Source: an uncultured cyanobacterium (GTDB lineage: Bacteria; Cyanobacteriota; Cyanobacteriia; Cyanobacteriales; CAWCAG01). From it: a stretch of DNA of 64,000 nt. Shown piece by piece: positions 27,701 to 37,593 of this stretch. The stretch is from NCBI GenBank assembly GCA_963793425.1, contig CAWCAG010000005.1:1024001-1088000 (forward strand), read 5' to 3'. A program made the translations under genes and the position numbers. Each line of letters starts with the position of its first letter. Position 1 is the stretch's first letter. The notes under the pieces are model-generated. The model saw only the letters and a program-made list of their open reading frames with translations, was not told the origin of the DNA and did no database searches.

Positions 27701-30517
27701 GGAGAACTTGCTTTAGATTTATTAGACTTTTTAGACACTAAAGAAGTTAAGGCGAAAACTTTTCACATTGTTAATAGTTTAGTTAAGCATTTTCGTGCTT
27801 CTATACGAGACACTTTACATTTTTCTTTAGATGCCTATCAAATAGGTTTAGAAACCGGAGATATAGAGTATGCTGCTCACGGTGCAAGTAGTTATACTTT
27901 ACATTACTATTTTTTAGGAGAAAATTTAGTCCAATTCCAAGCAGAAATAGTTACTTATCGCAACACAATTAGCCAGCTTAAACAACAATCAGATTGGCAA
28001 ACTATTTCTATTTTTTACCAAGTCGCACTTAACTTAACAGGAAATGCTGAAAATCCTTGCTATTTAGTAGGAGAAGCTTATGATGTAGAAGTTTGGTTTC
28101 CCTGGTACATCAAAGCTAATAGTAGAAGTTCAGTTTATTTAGTTAATTTACAAACTAGTATACTTTGTTATCTTTTTGGAGAGCTACCGAAAGCATTTGA
28201 TAACATAGAAGCTGCGGCACAGGACTTAGATGTAGCTGTCGGCTCTTTGCTCACACCAATATTTCACTTTTACGCAGCTTTAATTAAATTAGCTGTGGCT
28301 AATGCTAATGACGTAAAAGAAAAAGAGAAAATCATTGCTCAAATAGCAGAACATCAGCAAATAATCAAGTTTCTGTCGGACTGCGCTCCGGTTAACTTTT
28401 TACATAAATTTTATCTTGTTGAAGCAGAAAAACATCGTTTTCTGGGCAACTTTATTGAAGCGATGGATAGTTATGATAATGCGATCGCCTTAGCTAAAGA
28501 AACTCAGTATCTTAACGAAGAAGCCCTCGCTAATGAGTTGGCAGCGAAATTTTATTTAAGTAGAGGTAAGAAAAAAATAGCTCGCGCTTATTTATTAGAT
28601 GCTTATTCTTGTTATCTTAATTGGGGAGCAAAAGCGAAAGCAGATCAGTTAGAAAATCAATATCCTCAGCTTTTTGCTAGCAATCACAACCACCTTGGTT
28701 TCTCGGTAGAATCAACTCAATTTACCAATTCAAGTACTAGCAACAAATATGGTCGGTTTTTGGATTTAGCTACGGTAATTAAATCCTCTCAAGCTATTGC
28801 TGGAGAAATAATTTTAGATAAGCTGCTTGCTAACCTCATGGCTATATTAATAGAAAATGCCGGGGCGGAAGTTGGGGTTCTTATCTTACAAAACAAAGGT
28901 CAACTTTTTATTGAAGCTGTAGGAACAATAGATTCTCCGAAAGTGCAAAGATGGCAATCAGTTCTGATTAGAAATACAACTCAGGAAGTTCCTGTCTCGA
29001 TTATTAATTATGTTGCTCGTACCCATGAAAGTTTAGTTTTAAATGATGCTGCCTATGAAGGAAAATTCATCCATGATGCTTATATTCGGGATTATCAACC
29101 TCAATCAATTCTTTGTGTCCCTTTAATTAATCAGAGCAGATTAGTTAGTATTATTTATTTAGAAAATAATCTAACCACAGGAGCTTTTACAGCTGATCGC
29201 TTAGAACTTATTAAACTATTATCTTCCCAAGCGGCAATTTCTATTACCAATGCCAAGCTTTATTCAGAAGTAAGAGAAAGCGAAAGCCGTTTAACTCAAT
29301 TCTTAGAAGCTATGCCTGTAGGGGTGGCAGTATTTGATATTAAAGGAAATCCTTATTATAGTAATCATCGAGCTAAAGAGTTATTAGGTCAAGGGGTAGT
29401 TCCTAATGATAGTAATCTTCAGCAAAGCAATACTTATCAAATTTATACCACTGGTACTAACAAGGTATATCCTCAAGACAACTTACCTAGTAGGCGAGCT
29501 TTAAAAGGTGAAAGCATAACCGTTGATAACATTGAAGTTCGTCGTGGTAATCAAGCCATACCCTTAGAAGCCTGGGGTACGCCTATTTTTGATGAGACAG
29601 GGCAAATTGCTTATGGTATTTCCGCTTTCCAAGATATTACGGAGCGCAAGAAAGCTGAAACAGAAAGAGAAAGATTTACCGAAGAACTTTCTCAATTAAA
29701 TAAAGCTAACGAACGTTTTGTCCCTCGCCAATTTCTTCAATTATTGAATAAAAAAAGTATTGCTGATGTTAAGTTAGGGGACGCAGTACAAAGAGAGATG
29801 TCGGTTTTATTTTCTGATCTTCGTTCCTTTACTTCCCTTTCTGAGATCATGAATCCTCAAGATAACTTTAGATTCATTAATGCTTTTCTCAGCCGTATGG
29901 AACCTGTTATTGCTGATAATAACGGTTTTATTGATAAGTTTATTGGTGATGCTATTATGGCTCTATTTGATGGTCAGGCTGATGATGCTGTGAAAGCTGG
30001 TATTGCTATGCTAAAAACTATAGCTGAATACAATAAAACCCGTGGCGGTGGTAAGCGTCCTCCTATTAAAATTGGTATTGGTATTAATACAGGTTCTTTA
30101 ATGTTAGGTACTGTTGGTGGAACTAACCGTATGGAAGGAACTGTGATTAGCGATGCAGTCAATTTGGCATCTCGCGTCGAGGCTTTAACTAAAGATTATC
30201 AAGTCACTTTATTAATTACTCAGCATACTTTTGAGGCCTTAAATAATCATCATCAATATAGTATTCGCATTATAGACAAAGTAACAGTTAAAGGTAAAAC
30301 AGAAGCTGTTACTGTTTATGAAGTATTTGATGCTGAACCTCTAGAAATTAAAGCAGCAAAATTAGCTACCAAATCTGCTTTTGAAAGTGGAATTTTGTTT
30401 TACAATGCCAGCAAGTTTGATGAAGCAGCAGCCATATTTCAAGACTGCTTAACCAAAAATCCTGGGGATAAAGTTACCCAAATTTATCTTGAACGCTGTC
30501 AGGAACATTGTGATTAG
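24773..30517 (+). CDS. Multidomain Ser/Thr kinase - AAA ATPase - GAF - PAS - adenylate cyclase
   Basis: HKDIN/DFG/YMSPEQTGR kinase; GFSGVGKS Walker A; GAF (LCVPL..YLEN); PAS (DITERK); cyclase FSDLRSFT, DKFIGD, DAVNLASRVE. Confidence 0.92.
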   Translation: MITIPGYNITEEIYSSERSFVYRGQRDEDGQKVILKVLNKSNPSIEEIARYKQEYKISSSFNSAAIIKALSLESSDQHLIIVFEDFGGISLKKYLEQHRVGLEEFFELGIAIANALSLVHSAHIIHKDINLANIVFNSQTGEVKLIDFGISTILFKENTLVKNAQILEGTLPYMSPEQTGRMNRSLDYRTDFYSLGITFYKLLTNQLPFESQDPLELVHAHIAKKPLTPHQVNNKVPQVVSQIVMKLLEKNAEDRYQSATGIKADLERCLQQFKSRGNVEDFKLASQDVVDKFQIPQKLYGREQEVGTLLAVFDRVSGKIGDEISAFPSSEMVLVSGFSGVGKSVLVQEIYKPITRQRGYFLRGKFKKFKSNVPYSAIIQAFRGLIEQILTESEKSLSRWRNKLHNVLGSSSTAIAKFIPEINLILGQNQPEIDLSTEVTKQRFDITFQKFIRVFISPRHPLVLFLDNLQWADIASLKLLKSLITKENEGGFLLIGAYRDNETYLSHPLIATVEEIVQDGAKTNHISLAPLALNDVQHLVADTLRCDLFVAEPLAQLIYQKTGGNPFFLNEFLQSLYSKNLIYFDYEQSKWCWDLKEIQRCDFTDNVVELMADRIQNLPSETQYLLKLAACIGNQFDVETLVTVSGQSIKKVVSLLHTASVENLIVPLDNHYKSIELDIIEELKQKVYYRFVHDRIQQAAYSLISKSEKQELHQQIGQLLLQNKSWQQQEGKIFDIVNQLNFSVAIIENSKQKNELAKLNLLAGRKAKASANYKFALDYLQVGIDLLSQDSWQQEYNLSLALYETAAEVAYLNGDFEERLRLGKIVIQEAKNVLDKIKIYESDIQAYIAQNRPLEALHIAISILEQLGIHFPEHPTKEDIERGQREVQIALGTKAIEELVDLPLMEANDKLAAMGIVSSAITASYSAFPAMMPLFIFEQVKLSLEYGNTSLSVPAYAYYGSILCGIFQDVDNGYRFGELALDLLDFLDTKEVKAKTFHIVNSLVKHFRASIRDTLHFSLDAYQIGLETGDIEYAAHGASSYTLHYYFLGENLVQFQAEIVTYRNTISQLKQQSDWQTISIFYQVALNLTGNAENPCYLVGEAYDVEVWFPWYIKANSRSSVYLVNLQTSILCYLFGELPKAFDNIEAAAQDLDVAVGSLLTPIFHFYAALIKLAVANANDVKEKEKIIAQIAEHQQIIKFLSDCAPVNFLHKFYLVEAEKHRFLGNFIEAMDSYDNAIALAKETQYLNEEALANELAAKFYLSRGKKKIARAYLLDAYSCYLNWGAKAKADQLENQYPQLFASNHNHLGFSVESTQFTNSSTSNKYGRFLDLATVIKSSQAIAGEIILDKLLANLMAILIENAGAEVGVLILQNKGQLFIEAVGTIDSPKVQRWQSVLIRNTTQEVPVSIINYVARTHESLVLNDAAYEGKFIHDAYIRDYQPQSILCVPLINQSRLVSIIYLENNLTTGAFTADRLELIKLLSSQAAISITNAKLYSEVRESESRLTQFLEAMPVGVAVFDIKGNPYYSNHRAKELLGQGVVPNDSNLQQSNTYQIYTTGTNKVYPQDNLPSRRALKGESITVDNIEVRRGNQAIPLEAWGTPIFDETGQIAYGISAFQDITERKKAETERERFTEELSQLNKANERFVPRQFLQLLNKKSIADVKLGDAVQREMSVLFSDLRSFTSLSEIMNPQDNFRFINAFLSRMEPVIADNNGFIDKFIGDAIMALFDGQADDAVKAGIAMLKTIAEYNKTRGGGKRPPIKIGIGINTGSLMLGTVGGTNRMEGTVISDAVNLASRVEALTKDYQVTLLITQHTFEALNNHHQYSIRIIDKVTVKGKTEAVTVYEVFDAEPLEIKAAKLATKSAFESGILFYNASKFDEAAAIFQDCLTKNPGDKVTQIYLERCQEHCD

Positions 30518-30690
30518 AGGCTGGAATGAAGCTAAATATCCGGATAGAATCGCCCCTCCTAGGGAAATCTAAGCATATATTGCTAAATCTGTCTTGGCAA
30601 GCCATACTATTAGTCCGACTCTTGTGAGGGGTCTGACCCTCTGCCTGACTGCTTGGAAACTTGCCCACAGAACATCAAGGATTAATGGTA

Positions 30691-32094
30691 ATGTCAACCA
30701 GGCTGCTAGTGTTACTCAATTCTTTTAAAGCAAGGTTATCAAGGCGCGTTTCCCTTTGGGTTTTTGCTAGTATTGTGGTGATTGAAGCCATCATTCTTGT
30801 TCCTTCTTATCATAAGCGTGAACAGGATTTACTGGCGCAACAATCAGAGATTTCAGAAGCGGTAATGACCTCTATTACCGATTCCTACCAAGTAGATGGG
30901 AATAAAAAGACTTTTTTTAACTTACTCCAAAACTTCACCCAAGACTCTCTGTTTTTAGGAGTAGCTGTTTACGATAATCAAGGGCAGTTAGTTGAGGTAT
31001 TTGGTGAATCACCTCAATTAACCTACAGGGAATTACAGGAGGCTATGGTCAAAAAGCGCCGTAGTAATGATGGTAATCGCTATGATATGGTCTGGTATGC
31101 CCCCTACCAAGAACAAGAATATATTGTTATTATTCGCTACGATACTTCTTTTATTCAAAGGAATCTGTCTGCTTTCACTCTACGCATAGCAGCTTTGGTT
31201 TTGCTTATTTCTGGCTTTGTCACCCTTGTCACGATGATAGTTTTAGGAGATAGAGTAATCGCTCCGGTTGTGCAACTTCGCAATGACCTGGTAACGTTAG
31301 GAGAAATAGTCAGCCAAGAAAACTCTCAGCAAAACTTTTCTTCCCTTTCTTGCCAACGCAACGATGAATTGGGGGAAGTTATCAGCGCATTTAAGCAAAT
31401 GTATGAGCGCATCTCCCAAGAAATTGCTGAACGTAAAAAAACTGAAGCTGTTTTGCGTATTGAACAAGAAAAATCAGAAGCTTTGTTATTAAATATTTTA
31501 CCCAAACCTATCGCTGAACAATTAAAAGAGGGTAAAACTAATATTGCTGATGGCTTCGCTGATGCCACAATTCTCTTTGCTGATTTGGTGGGCTTCACAG
31601 AATTATCTACCACTATATCTCCCAGAAAACTTGTTGAATTGCTTAATGTAATTTTCTCAGAATTCGATACTCTCTGCGATCGCCACGGCTTAGAAAAAAT
31701 AAAAACTATTGGTGATGCTTATATGGTTGTAGGAGGGCTTCCCATGCCCCGTAGCGATCACGTTGAAGCCGTAGCTGATTTAGCTTTAGAAATGCAAACA
31801 ACTATAAAGCATTTAGCTAGTCAACTAGGACAGGAATTAAGAATCCGTATTGGCATTCACACAGGGGCTGTGGTAGCAGGAGTAATTGGTAAAAACAAAT
31901 TTATTTACGATCTTTGGGGCGATGCTGTCAACATAGCCAGTCGTATGGAATCTCAAGGACTTCCCGACTGTATTCAAGTTACTGCTACTATTTATGAATC
32001 TTTGCAAGAGCAATATCTTTTAAAAAAACGAGGATTTATTAAAGTTAAAGGTAAAGGGGAAATGCTTACTTATTGGCTTGTGGCTAAAAAATAG
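30691..32094 (+). CDS. Membrane HAMP-domain class III adenylate cyclase
   Basis: 2 TM, HAMP (NDELGEV), LLLNILP, FADLVGFT, KIKTIGDAYM, YDLWGDAVNIASRMES; start uncertain (30661/30685/30691). Confidence 0.9.
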   Translation: MSTRLLVLLNSFKARLSRRVSLWVFASIVVIEAIILVPSYHKREQDLLAQQSEISEAVMTSITDSYQVDGNKKTFFNLLQNFTQDSLFLGVAVYDNQGQLVEVFGESPQLTYRELQEAMVKKRRSNDGNRYDMVWYAPYQEQEYIVIIRYDTSFIQRNLSAFTLRIAALVLLISGFVTLVTMIVLGDRVIAPVVQLRNDLVTLGEIVSQENSQQNFSSLSCQRNDELGEVISAFKQMYERISQEIAERKKTEAVLRIEQEKSEALLLNILPKPIAEQLKEGKTNIADGFADATILFADLVGFTELSTTISPRKLVELLNVIFSEFDTLCDRHGLEKIKTIGDAYMVVGGLPMPRSDHVEAVADLALEMQTTIKHLASQLGQELRIRIGIHTGAVVAGVIGKNKFIYDLWGDAVNIASRMESQGLPDCIQVTATIYESLQEQYLLKKRGFIKVKGKGEMLTYWLVAKK

Positions 32095-32108
32095 CTAATA
32101 GCTAATTC

Positions 32109-32633
32109 TCAGTTTTGATTCTTTTTCCTCGAACTCTTTCTTTGGGGTTTCAATAGCAAAACCATAAATTTAGCATACCGCCTGTTTCTTTCTCCAGCTA
32201 AACTAACTAATTGTTCAGTAGACATAACAGTACCATCAGGCATTTTTGTACCCCTCAAATTAGCATCGGTTAAATCAGCATCAGTGAGATTAGCCCCCGT
32301 CAAATCTGCACCTTGAAGATCCGCTTCCCGCAAATTAGCTGCACATAAATTAGCCTGAGTTAAATCTGCCCCAGCTAAATCTGCTGCCATTAAGTTGATG
32401 CTGCTTAAATTAGTACTTCTCAAGTTAGTGTTCGTTAAATTAGCTCCTTCTAAAATTGTCCCTTGTAAATTAGCTTCCTGTAAATCAGCATTTTTTAGGT
32501 AAACCCAACTCATAGTTTCTCCGCTGAGGTTAACTTGCCGAAAATCCCTTTCTCCCGCTACATATCTTTTGATAAGTAGTTTAGAAATAACTTGGAGAGA
32601 TTGATTATTACAATTTTTTTCGATGGCCATCAT
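32109..32633 (-). CDS. Pentapeptide repeat protein
   Basis: RYVAGERDF, ADL/ANL repeats, MPDG. Confidence 0.88.
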   Translation of the reverse strand: MMAIEKNCNNQSLQVISKLLIKRYVAGERDFRQVNLSGETMSWVYLKNADLQEANLQGTILEGANLTNTNLRSTNLSSINLMAADLAGADLTQANLCAANLREADLQGADLTGANLTDADLTDANLRGTKMPDGTVMSTEQLVSLAGERNRRYAKFMVLLLKPQRKSSRKKNQN

Positions 32634-32911
32634 AGGGCATTTCTCAGACTTTAGTTATTTGTCTAGAAATCCATTATCGAATGGGGACATTTGCGATCGC
32701 GTCTGCTTAATGTCCATCTTATGTATAACTTAAATTTATCTTTGAAAAGAATATATATCCATATATTTTATATTAACGGCGGAAAAACCAAAATGCCAAG
32801 GCCGCTATTACAGAAGATTAATATTTTTTAGAGAATTTTAATAATAATCGTCTTCAACTAAGCAATTAGTTGATTACGATAGTAGGTCATCAAACAGGGA
32901 TTTTTTTGACA

Positions 32912-34309
32912 ATGCAACTTTCAAAATCAACTCCAACCAACACCCATGCTGTAGTCATAGGCGGTAGTATGGCTGGGTTATTATCTGGTCGAGTATTGGC
33001 TGACCACTTTGATAGAGTAACAATTATAGAGAAAGGTTACTTTCCGGAAAAACCAAGTTTCCGCCCAGGAGTACCCCAATCTCCCCATCTCCACTTTCTC
33101 CTCATGCAGGGTCGTATCATCCTTGACAAGCTTTTTCCTGGCTTTACCGAAGATTTAATGGCTGCTGGGGCCCAACTTTTGGATATGACAGCAGATGTTG
33201 CTTGGTTGAAACCTTTTGGCTGGGCAGTGCGCTTTCCCTCAGATTTCAATATTCTCAGCCTCAGTCGGTCTTTATTAGATTGGTATATCCATAAACGTCT
33301 GTTAGCTTTGAAGCTTGTTAACTTCCTAGAAGGAGGTTCTGTTACCGGCTTACTATCCCAAAATGATGGCATAGTAACAGGTGTATCAGTTCGCATTCGC
33401 GATCGCTCCTCACCAGAAAATAGTCGCCAAGAGGAAATCCGGGCAGATTTAGTCGTTGACGCTAGCGGTAGAAATTCTAAAACCCCCCAATGGCTAGAGT
33501 CTTTAGGCTATCAAGCCCCTAAAGAAGCTCTTGTAAATGCCCATCCCGGTTATGCTAGCTGTACTTACCAAATTCCCTCTGGATTCAAAGCCGATTGGAA
33601 AGCTGTCTATTTACAAGGCTCTCCCCCAAAACAACCCCGTGCAGCCATACTTTACCCTATTGAAGGCGATCGCTGGATAGTTAGCACCATGAGTATTGCT
33701 CCTGACTATCCCCCTGGAGATGAAGCTGGCTTTCTAGAATTTCTTAGTAAACTAGAAAGCCCCATCCTCTACGACACATTGAAAAATGCCCAGCCCCTTT
33801 CTCCTGTTGTTACTTACCGCCCCTCTGGAAACCGTCGGCGTTATTATGAACAACTTCCTAAACAACCAGAAGGATTTATTGTTACCGGAGATTCTGTTTG
33901 TACCTTCAGCCCAGTTTATGGCCAAGGTGTGACAGTCTCTGCTCTTGAAGCTATAACTTTAGGGCAATGCTTACAAAATGGTTTAGCGGGTGTAGAGCGG
34001 CGCTTTCAAAAGGAACTCGGTAAGGTGGTTACCGGCCCTTGGCTAGCTGCAACCACTCAAGATGCCCGTTATGACGGAGTAGAAGGCAAGTCCCTAACTT
34101 TCAAAGAGCATTTGCTGCAAGGTTATATGGATAGGGTGGATGAATTGGCTACCACTAATCCTGATATTTGCCTGAAATTGTTTGATGTGATCCACATGAT
34201 TAAGTCTCCCGACAGTTTGTTGGAACCCGCTTTAGCTATGCGAGTTTTGATGCAGGCTTTAGGAAACTTTCGCTTTGAGAAGGGAAGTTTGCAAGAAAAG
34301 CAGGGTTAG
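32912..34309 (+). CDS. FAD-dependent monooxygenase/oxidoreductase (epoxidase/hydroxylase-like)
   Basis: AVVIGGSMAGL, RPGVPQSPH, ADLVVDASGR, GDSVCTFSPVYGQG. Confidence 0.85.
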   Translation: MQLSKSTPTNTHAVVIGGSMAGLLSGRVLADHFDRVTIIEKGYFPEKPSFRPGVPQSPHLHFLLMQGRIILDKLFPGFTEDLMAAGAQLLDMTADVAWLKPFGWAVRFPSDFNILSLSRSLLDWYIHKRLLALKLVNFLEGGSVTGLLSQNDGIVTGVSVRIRDRSSPENSRQEEIRADLVVDASGRNSKTPQWLESLGYQAPKEALVNAHPGYASCTYQIPSGFKADWKAVYLQGSPPKQPRAAILYPIEGDRWIVSTMSIAPDYPPGDEAGFLEFLSKLESPILYDTLKNAQPLSPVVTYRPSGNRRRYYEQLPKQPEGFIVTGDSVCTFSPVYGQGVTVSALEAITLGQCLQNGLAGVERRFQKELGKVVTGPWLAATTQDARYDGVEGKSLTFKEHLLQGYMDRVDELATTNPDICLKLFDVIHMIKSPDSLLEPALAMRVLMQALGNFRFEKGSLQEKQG

Positions 34310-34332
34310 TTTTGTCGAGGATGTAAGTTTTC

Positions 34333-34395
34333 TTGACATTAATATTCAATAATTATAAACTCATTTGGCACTAGCTTATTGAGAATTTTCTCTAA
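34333..34395. promoter_or_regulatory. Fur-family-like boxes upstream of the multicopper oxidase
   Basis: TTATTGAGAATTTTCTCTAA (34376) and TTGACATTAATATTCAATAA (34333); a related TTATTGACAAT lies at 35422. Confidence 0.45.
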
Positions 34396-34400
34396 CAATT

Positions 34401-35408
34401 ATGACCGTAGATAAGAACTGGTCATCACAGCCTTTCAGTCGCCGACAAGTTTTGCAATGGAGTTTGTTGGGGGCTGGTGGGTTAGGAACAATGGCCACTG
34501 TTAGCTATCTTCGCAGTTCCAGTTCATCTTCTGTCAGAATTCCTCTTATTTCCGAAGAGTTATCTGATGCTGGTAATGGAATCAGCCCCCTCCAAATCCT
34601 CAGAGAGTTTGACTGGGGGACTTTGAAGCGAGAAAATGGCCGTACAGTTAGGGAATTCCAAGCTGTTGCTAACAATAGCACCATTTATTTGAACAGTGCT
34701 TTACCTTTTAAAAGTTGGAACATTAATGGTAGAGTGCCGGGACCAACCTTTCGGGCTAAGGCAGGAGAAAGGATACGAGTCATTTTCAATAACCAAGATG
34801 GCCATTCCCATACCATGCACTTTCATGGCATCCACCCAGCAAAATCTGATGGGGTTGAACCTGTTCGTCATGGCAAAATAGCGATTTATGAGTTTGAGGC
34901 TGAACCCTATGGTGTTCAGCTTTACCACTGCCACATAGCCCCCGTTACACGCCATATTGCTAAGGGGCTTTATGGTATGTTCATTATTGATCCCCCAGAA
35001 GGTCGTCCCCCTGCTGATGAAATGGTGATGGTGATGGGAGGATATGATATTGACAATGACGAAAAGAATGAACTTTATGCCTTCAACGGCATTCCCAACT
35101 ATTTTCGTGACCATCCTATTCCTATTTACCAAAACCAGCTTGTTCGCCTTTATGTGCTGAATATGATTGAGTTTGACCCGGCGGTAACTTTTCATATTCA
35201 TGCTAATTTCTTTCAGGTTTATCGTACAGGGCGCTCCCTCACTCCCAATGAAGAAACTGATGTGATCACTATGGGAACCGCAGAACGGCACATACTAGAG
35301 TTTAGCTACCCTTATCCAGGAAAATATATGTTTCATCCCCATCAAGATATTATTGCCGAACATGGTTGCATGGGGATGTTTGAAGTGATTAAGAGCAATA
35401 ACCAATAA
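34401..35408 (+). CDS. Tat-exported two-domain multicopper oxidase
   Basis: SRRQVL Tat motif; HTMHFHG, YHCH..H..GLYG, FHIHAN, FHPH copper ligands. Confidence 0.9.
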   Translation: MTVDKNWSSQPFSRRQVLQWSLLGAGGLGTMATVSYLRSSSSSSVRIPLISEELSDAGNGISPLQILREFDWGTLKRENGRTVREFQAVANNSTIYLNSALPFKSWNINGRVPGPTFRAKAGERIRVIFNNQDGHSHTMHFHGIHPAKSDGVEPVRHGKIAIYEFEAEPYGVQLYHCHIAPVTRHIAKGLYGMFIIDPPEGRPPADEMVMVMGGYDIDNDEKNELYAFNGIPNYFRDHPIPIYQNQLVRLYVLNMIEFDPAVTFHIHANFFQVYRTGRSLTPNEETDVITMGTAERHILEFSYPYPGKYMFHPHQDIIAEHGCMGMFEVIKSNNQ

Positions 35409-35494
35409 AAATTTTTCTAACTTATTGACAATATCTCTTATTAATTTTACTTTAATTAAAAGTCCTGTTGAAATTATTTTTAAATCTCGAACTC

Positions 35495-36346
35495 ATGAAA
35501 AAACTTAAACCCTTAGAACTGTTCTTAACTGCAAGCTTAGCTGTGAGTTTAACGGCTTGCGGTGGGGCTGATACTCCAGGAGGTGAAGATGGGGGAGTGA
35601 CGGAGGAAATAGAAGAAACCGTTGATGAAGGTGGAGAAGGTGGAGAAGGCGGGGAAGGTGGGGAAGGTGGGGAAGAAGGACACTCTGAACACTCTGCTGC
35701 CAGTAGTAACCCCGACGTTAATTACATGGTTTCTTTAGGGTTAATGAAGGGTCACATGATGGTGGCGAAAGAGTTACTAGATGCAGACAAACCTGAAGAG
35801 GCTGACCCCCATATTGGGCATCCAGTTGAGGAAATTTATGGCGATATTGCAGGAGAATTGGCAGAACGCAACGTTGAGGAATTTAAAGGAACTCTCAATG
35901 AACTCCATGACTTAGTTAAGACAACACCCCAAGCCCCTGAAGTGGGTGAAAAATACCAAGCTGCCATGGAGAAAGTTGATGCTGCGATCTCCGCAATTCC
36001 AGAAGAACAATTGAGTTCTCCTCAATTTGTCTTAGAATCTATCAACGGTATGCTAGCAGTAGCCGCAGAAGAATATGAAGCTTCCCTAGCTGATGGTAAG
36101 TTTGTTGAACTGATCGAGTATCAAGATTCTAGGGGATTTGTACTTTATAGCCAACAACTCTTAGCAACAGTAGATGAGGAACTTTCAGGGCAAGCCCCAG
36201 AAGCACTCCAAACAATCCAAGTATCCCTCAGCGAGTTAACCAAGGCTTGGCCTTCTGTAGATGCCCCAGAAGGCCCTGTGTTAACTCCGGAGAAAGTTTT
36301 TGAATTGGTAGAAGAAATTAAAGCAGCATCTGACGGTGTGAGTTAA
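35495..36346 (+). CDS. Lipoprotein with GGE repeat and His/Glu metal-binding helical domain
   Basis: Lipobox LTAC; (EGG)x5; GHMMVAKELL..PHIGHPVEEIY; EYQDSRGF. Confidence 0.75.
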   Translation: MKKLKPLELFLTASLAVSLTACGGADTPGGEDGGVTEEIEETVDEGGEGGEGGEGGEGGEEGHSEHSAASSNPDVNYMVSLGLMKGHMMVAKELLDADKPEEADPHIGHPVEEIYGDIAGELAERNVEEFKGTLNELHDLVKTTPQAPEVGEKYQAAMEKVDAAISAIPEEQLSSPQFVLESINGMLAVAAEEYEASLADGKFVELIEYQDSRGFVLYSQQLLATVDEELSGQAPEALQTIQVSLSELTKAWPSVDAPEGPVLTPEKVFELVEEIKAASDGVS

Positions 36347-36377
36347 TCGGCAACAATAATCTACCATCCTCTATGAT

Positions 36378-37115
36378 TTAAAGTTCTTGCTGGGTAGGAC
36401 GAATAATTATCTCGTTAACATCAACATCCCCAGGTTGTTCGAGGGCATAAGTAATTGCCCGTGCAATTCCATCAGCATCTATAGCTACGGAATAAAGTTC
36501 ATTAACATTTTTAGCTGTTTCTTGATCAGAAATTGTGTTGGTTAATTCCGTGTCTACTGCCCCAGGAGAGATATTGGTGGAGCGAATTTCCCCATTAGAT
36601 TCCAATCTGATTCCTTCAGAAATTGCTTTAACAGCGAATTTGGTCGCACAATAAACCGTCCCCCCCGGAAAGACTTTATGTCCTGCCACTGAGGAGATGT
36701 TAACGATATGACCAGATTTTTGCTGTCGCATCACTGGCAATACTGCGGCAATCCCGTACAACACCCCTTTGATGTTGACATCGACCATTTTCTCCCATTC
36801 ATCCACCTTAATTTCATCTAAAGGTGATAAGGGCATTAAACCAGCATTATTCACTAAAACATCTATACGGCTATAAGCTTCCTGGGTTGCTTTAGCTAAG
36901 GCTTCTACAGCAGAGCGATCAGTAACATCTGTTAACTGATATTTAGCTGTACCCCCGTCTTTTTCGATGGTAGAAACTAATTCTTTGAGGCGATCTTCCC
37001 GTCTAGCCGCAAGCATTAACTTAGCGCCGTTTTTAGCTAATCTACGGGCAGTAGCTTCACCAAGTCCGCTACTTGCTCCTGTAATAATCACAACTTTATT
37101 TTCAATTTCAGACAT
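36378..37115 (-). CDS. SDR family oxidoreductase
   Basis: TGASSGLG, NNAG, YCATK. Confidence 0.93.
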   Translation of the reverse strand: MSEIENKVVIITGASSGLGEATARRLAKNGAKLMLAARREDRLKELVSTIEKDGGTAKYQLTDVTDRSAVEALAKATQEAYSRIDVLVNNAGLMPLSPLDEIKVDEWEKMVDVNIKGVLYGIAAVLPVMRQQKSGHIVNISSVAGHKVFPGGTVYCATKFAVKAISEGIRLESNGEIRSTNISPGAVDTELTNTISDQETAKNVNELYSVAIDADGIARAITYALEQPGDVDVNEIIIRPTQQEL

Positions 37116-37125
37116 AGTTAATCTT

Positions 37126-37593
37126 TTAAGCGTTAGCTACTAACTGGCGTATTTCATCATTAACCAAAGGATAAAGCAAATCGTATACTTTGTGGTGAGT
37201 ATTCCTGGCTGCAAGCAACAAAGGTGTTTCTCCGGCGCTCCAAGCATTAGCATTAGCACCAAATTCTAGTAAGATTTGTACAACTTCCTCATAACCCTGG
37301 TTAGAAGCCGACATCAAAGCTGTCCAACAATCTTCTTCATAAGCATCAACTTCTGCCCCAGTTTCCAGCAACAAGCGAACAATTTCTTGATGTCCTCCGT
37401 TAGCCGCTTCGTGTAGAGGCAGACAGTTAAAACCATTGTTCACCTTAGCCCCAGCAGCAATTAATTCCTGCACTATTTCTACTAACCCTTGTCTGGCTGC
37501 AACAACTAAAGCTGGTTTCTCATACCAAATGGAAGGATTAACCTTTGCCCCCAACTTAAGCAGGGTTTGCACGGCTTGCAGGTTTTCACTCAT
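37126..37593 (-). CDS. Ankyrin repeat protein, probably 5'-truncated
   Basis: PLHEAANGGH..LL, TALMSAS, TPLLLAA repeats; the first repeat (TPLIAGVMSENL) begins in frame upstream of the ATG. Confidence 0.75.
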   Translation of the reverse strand: MSENLQAVQTLLKLGAKVNPSIWYEKPALVVAARQGLVEIVQELIAAGAKVNNGFNCLPLHEAANGGHQEIVRLLLETGAEVDAYEEDCWTALMSASNQGYEEVVQILLEFGANANAWSAGETPLLLAARNTHHKVYDLLYPLVNDEIRQLVANA

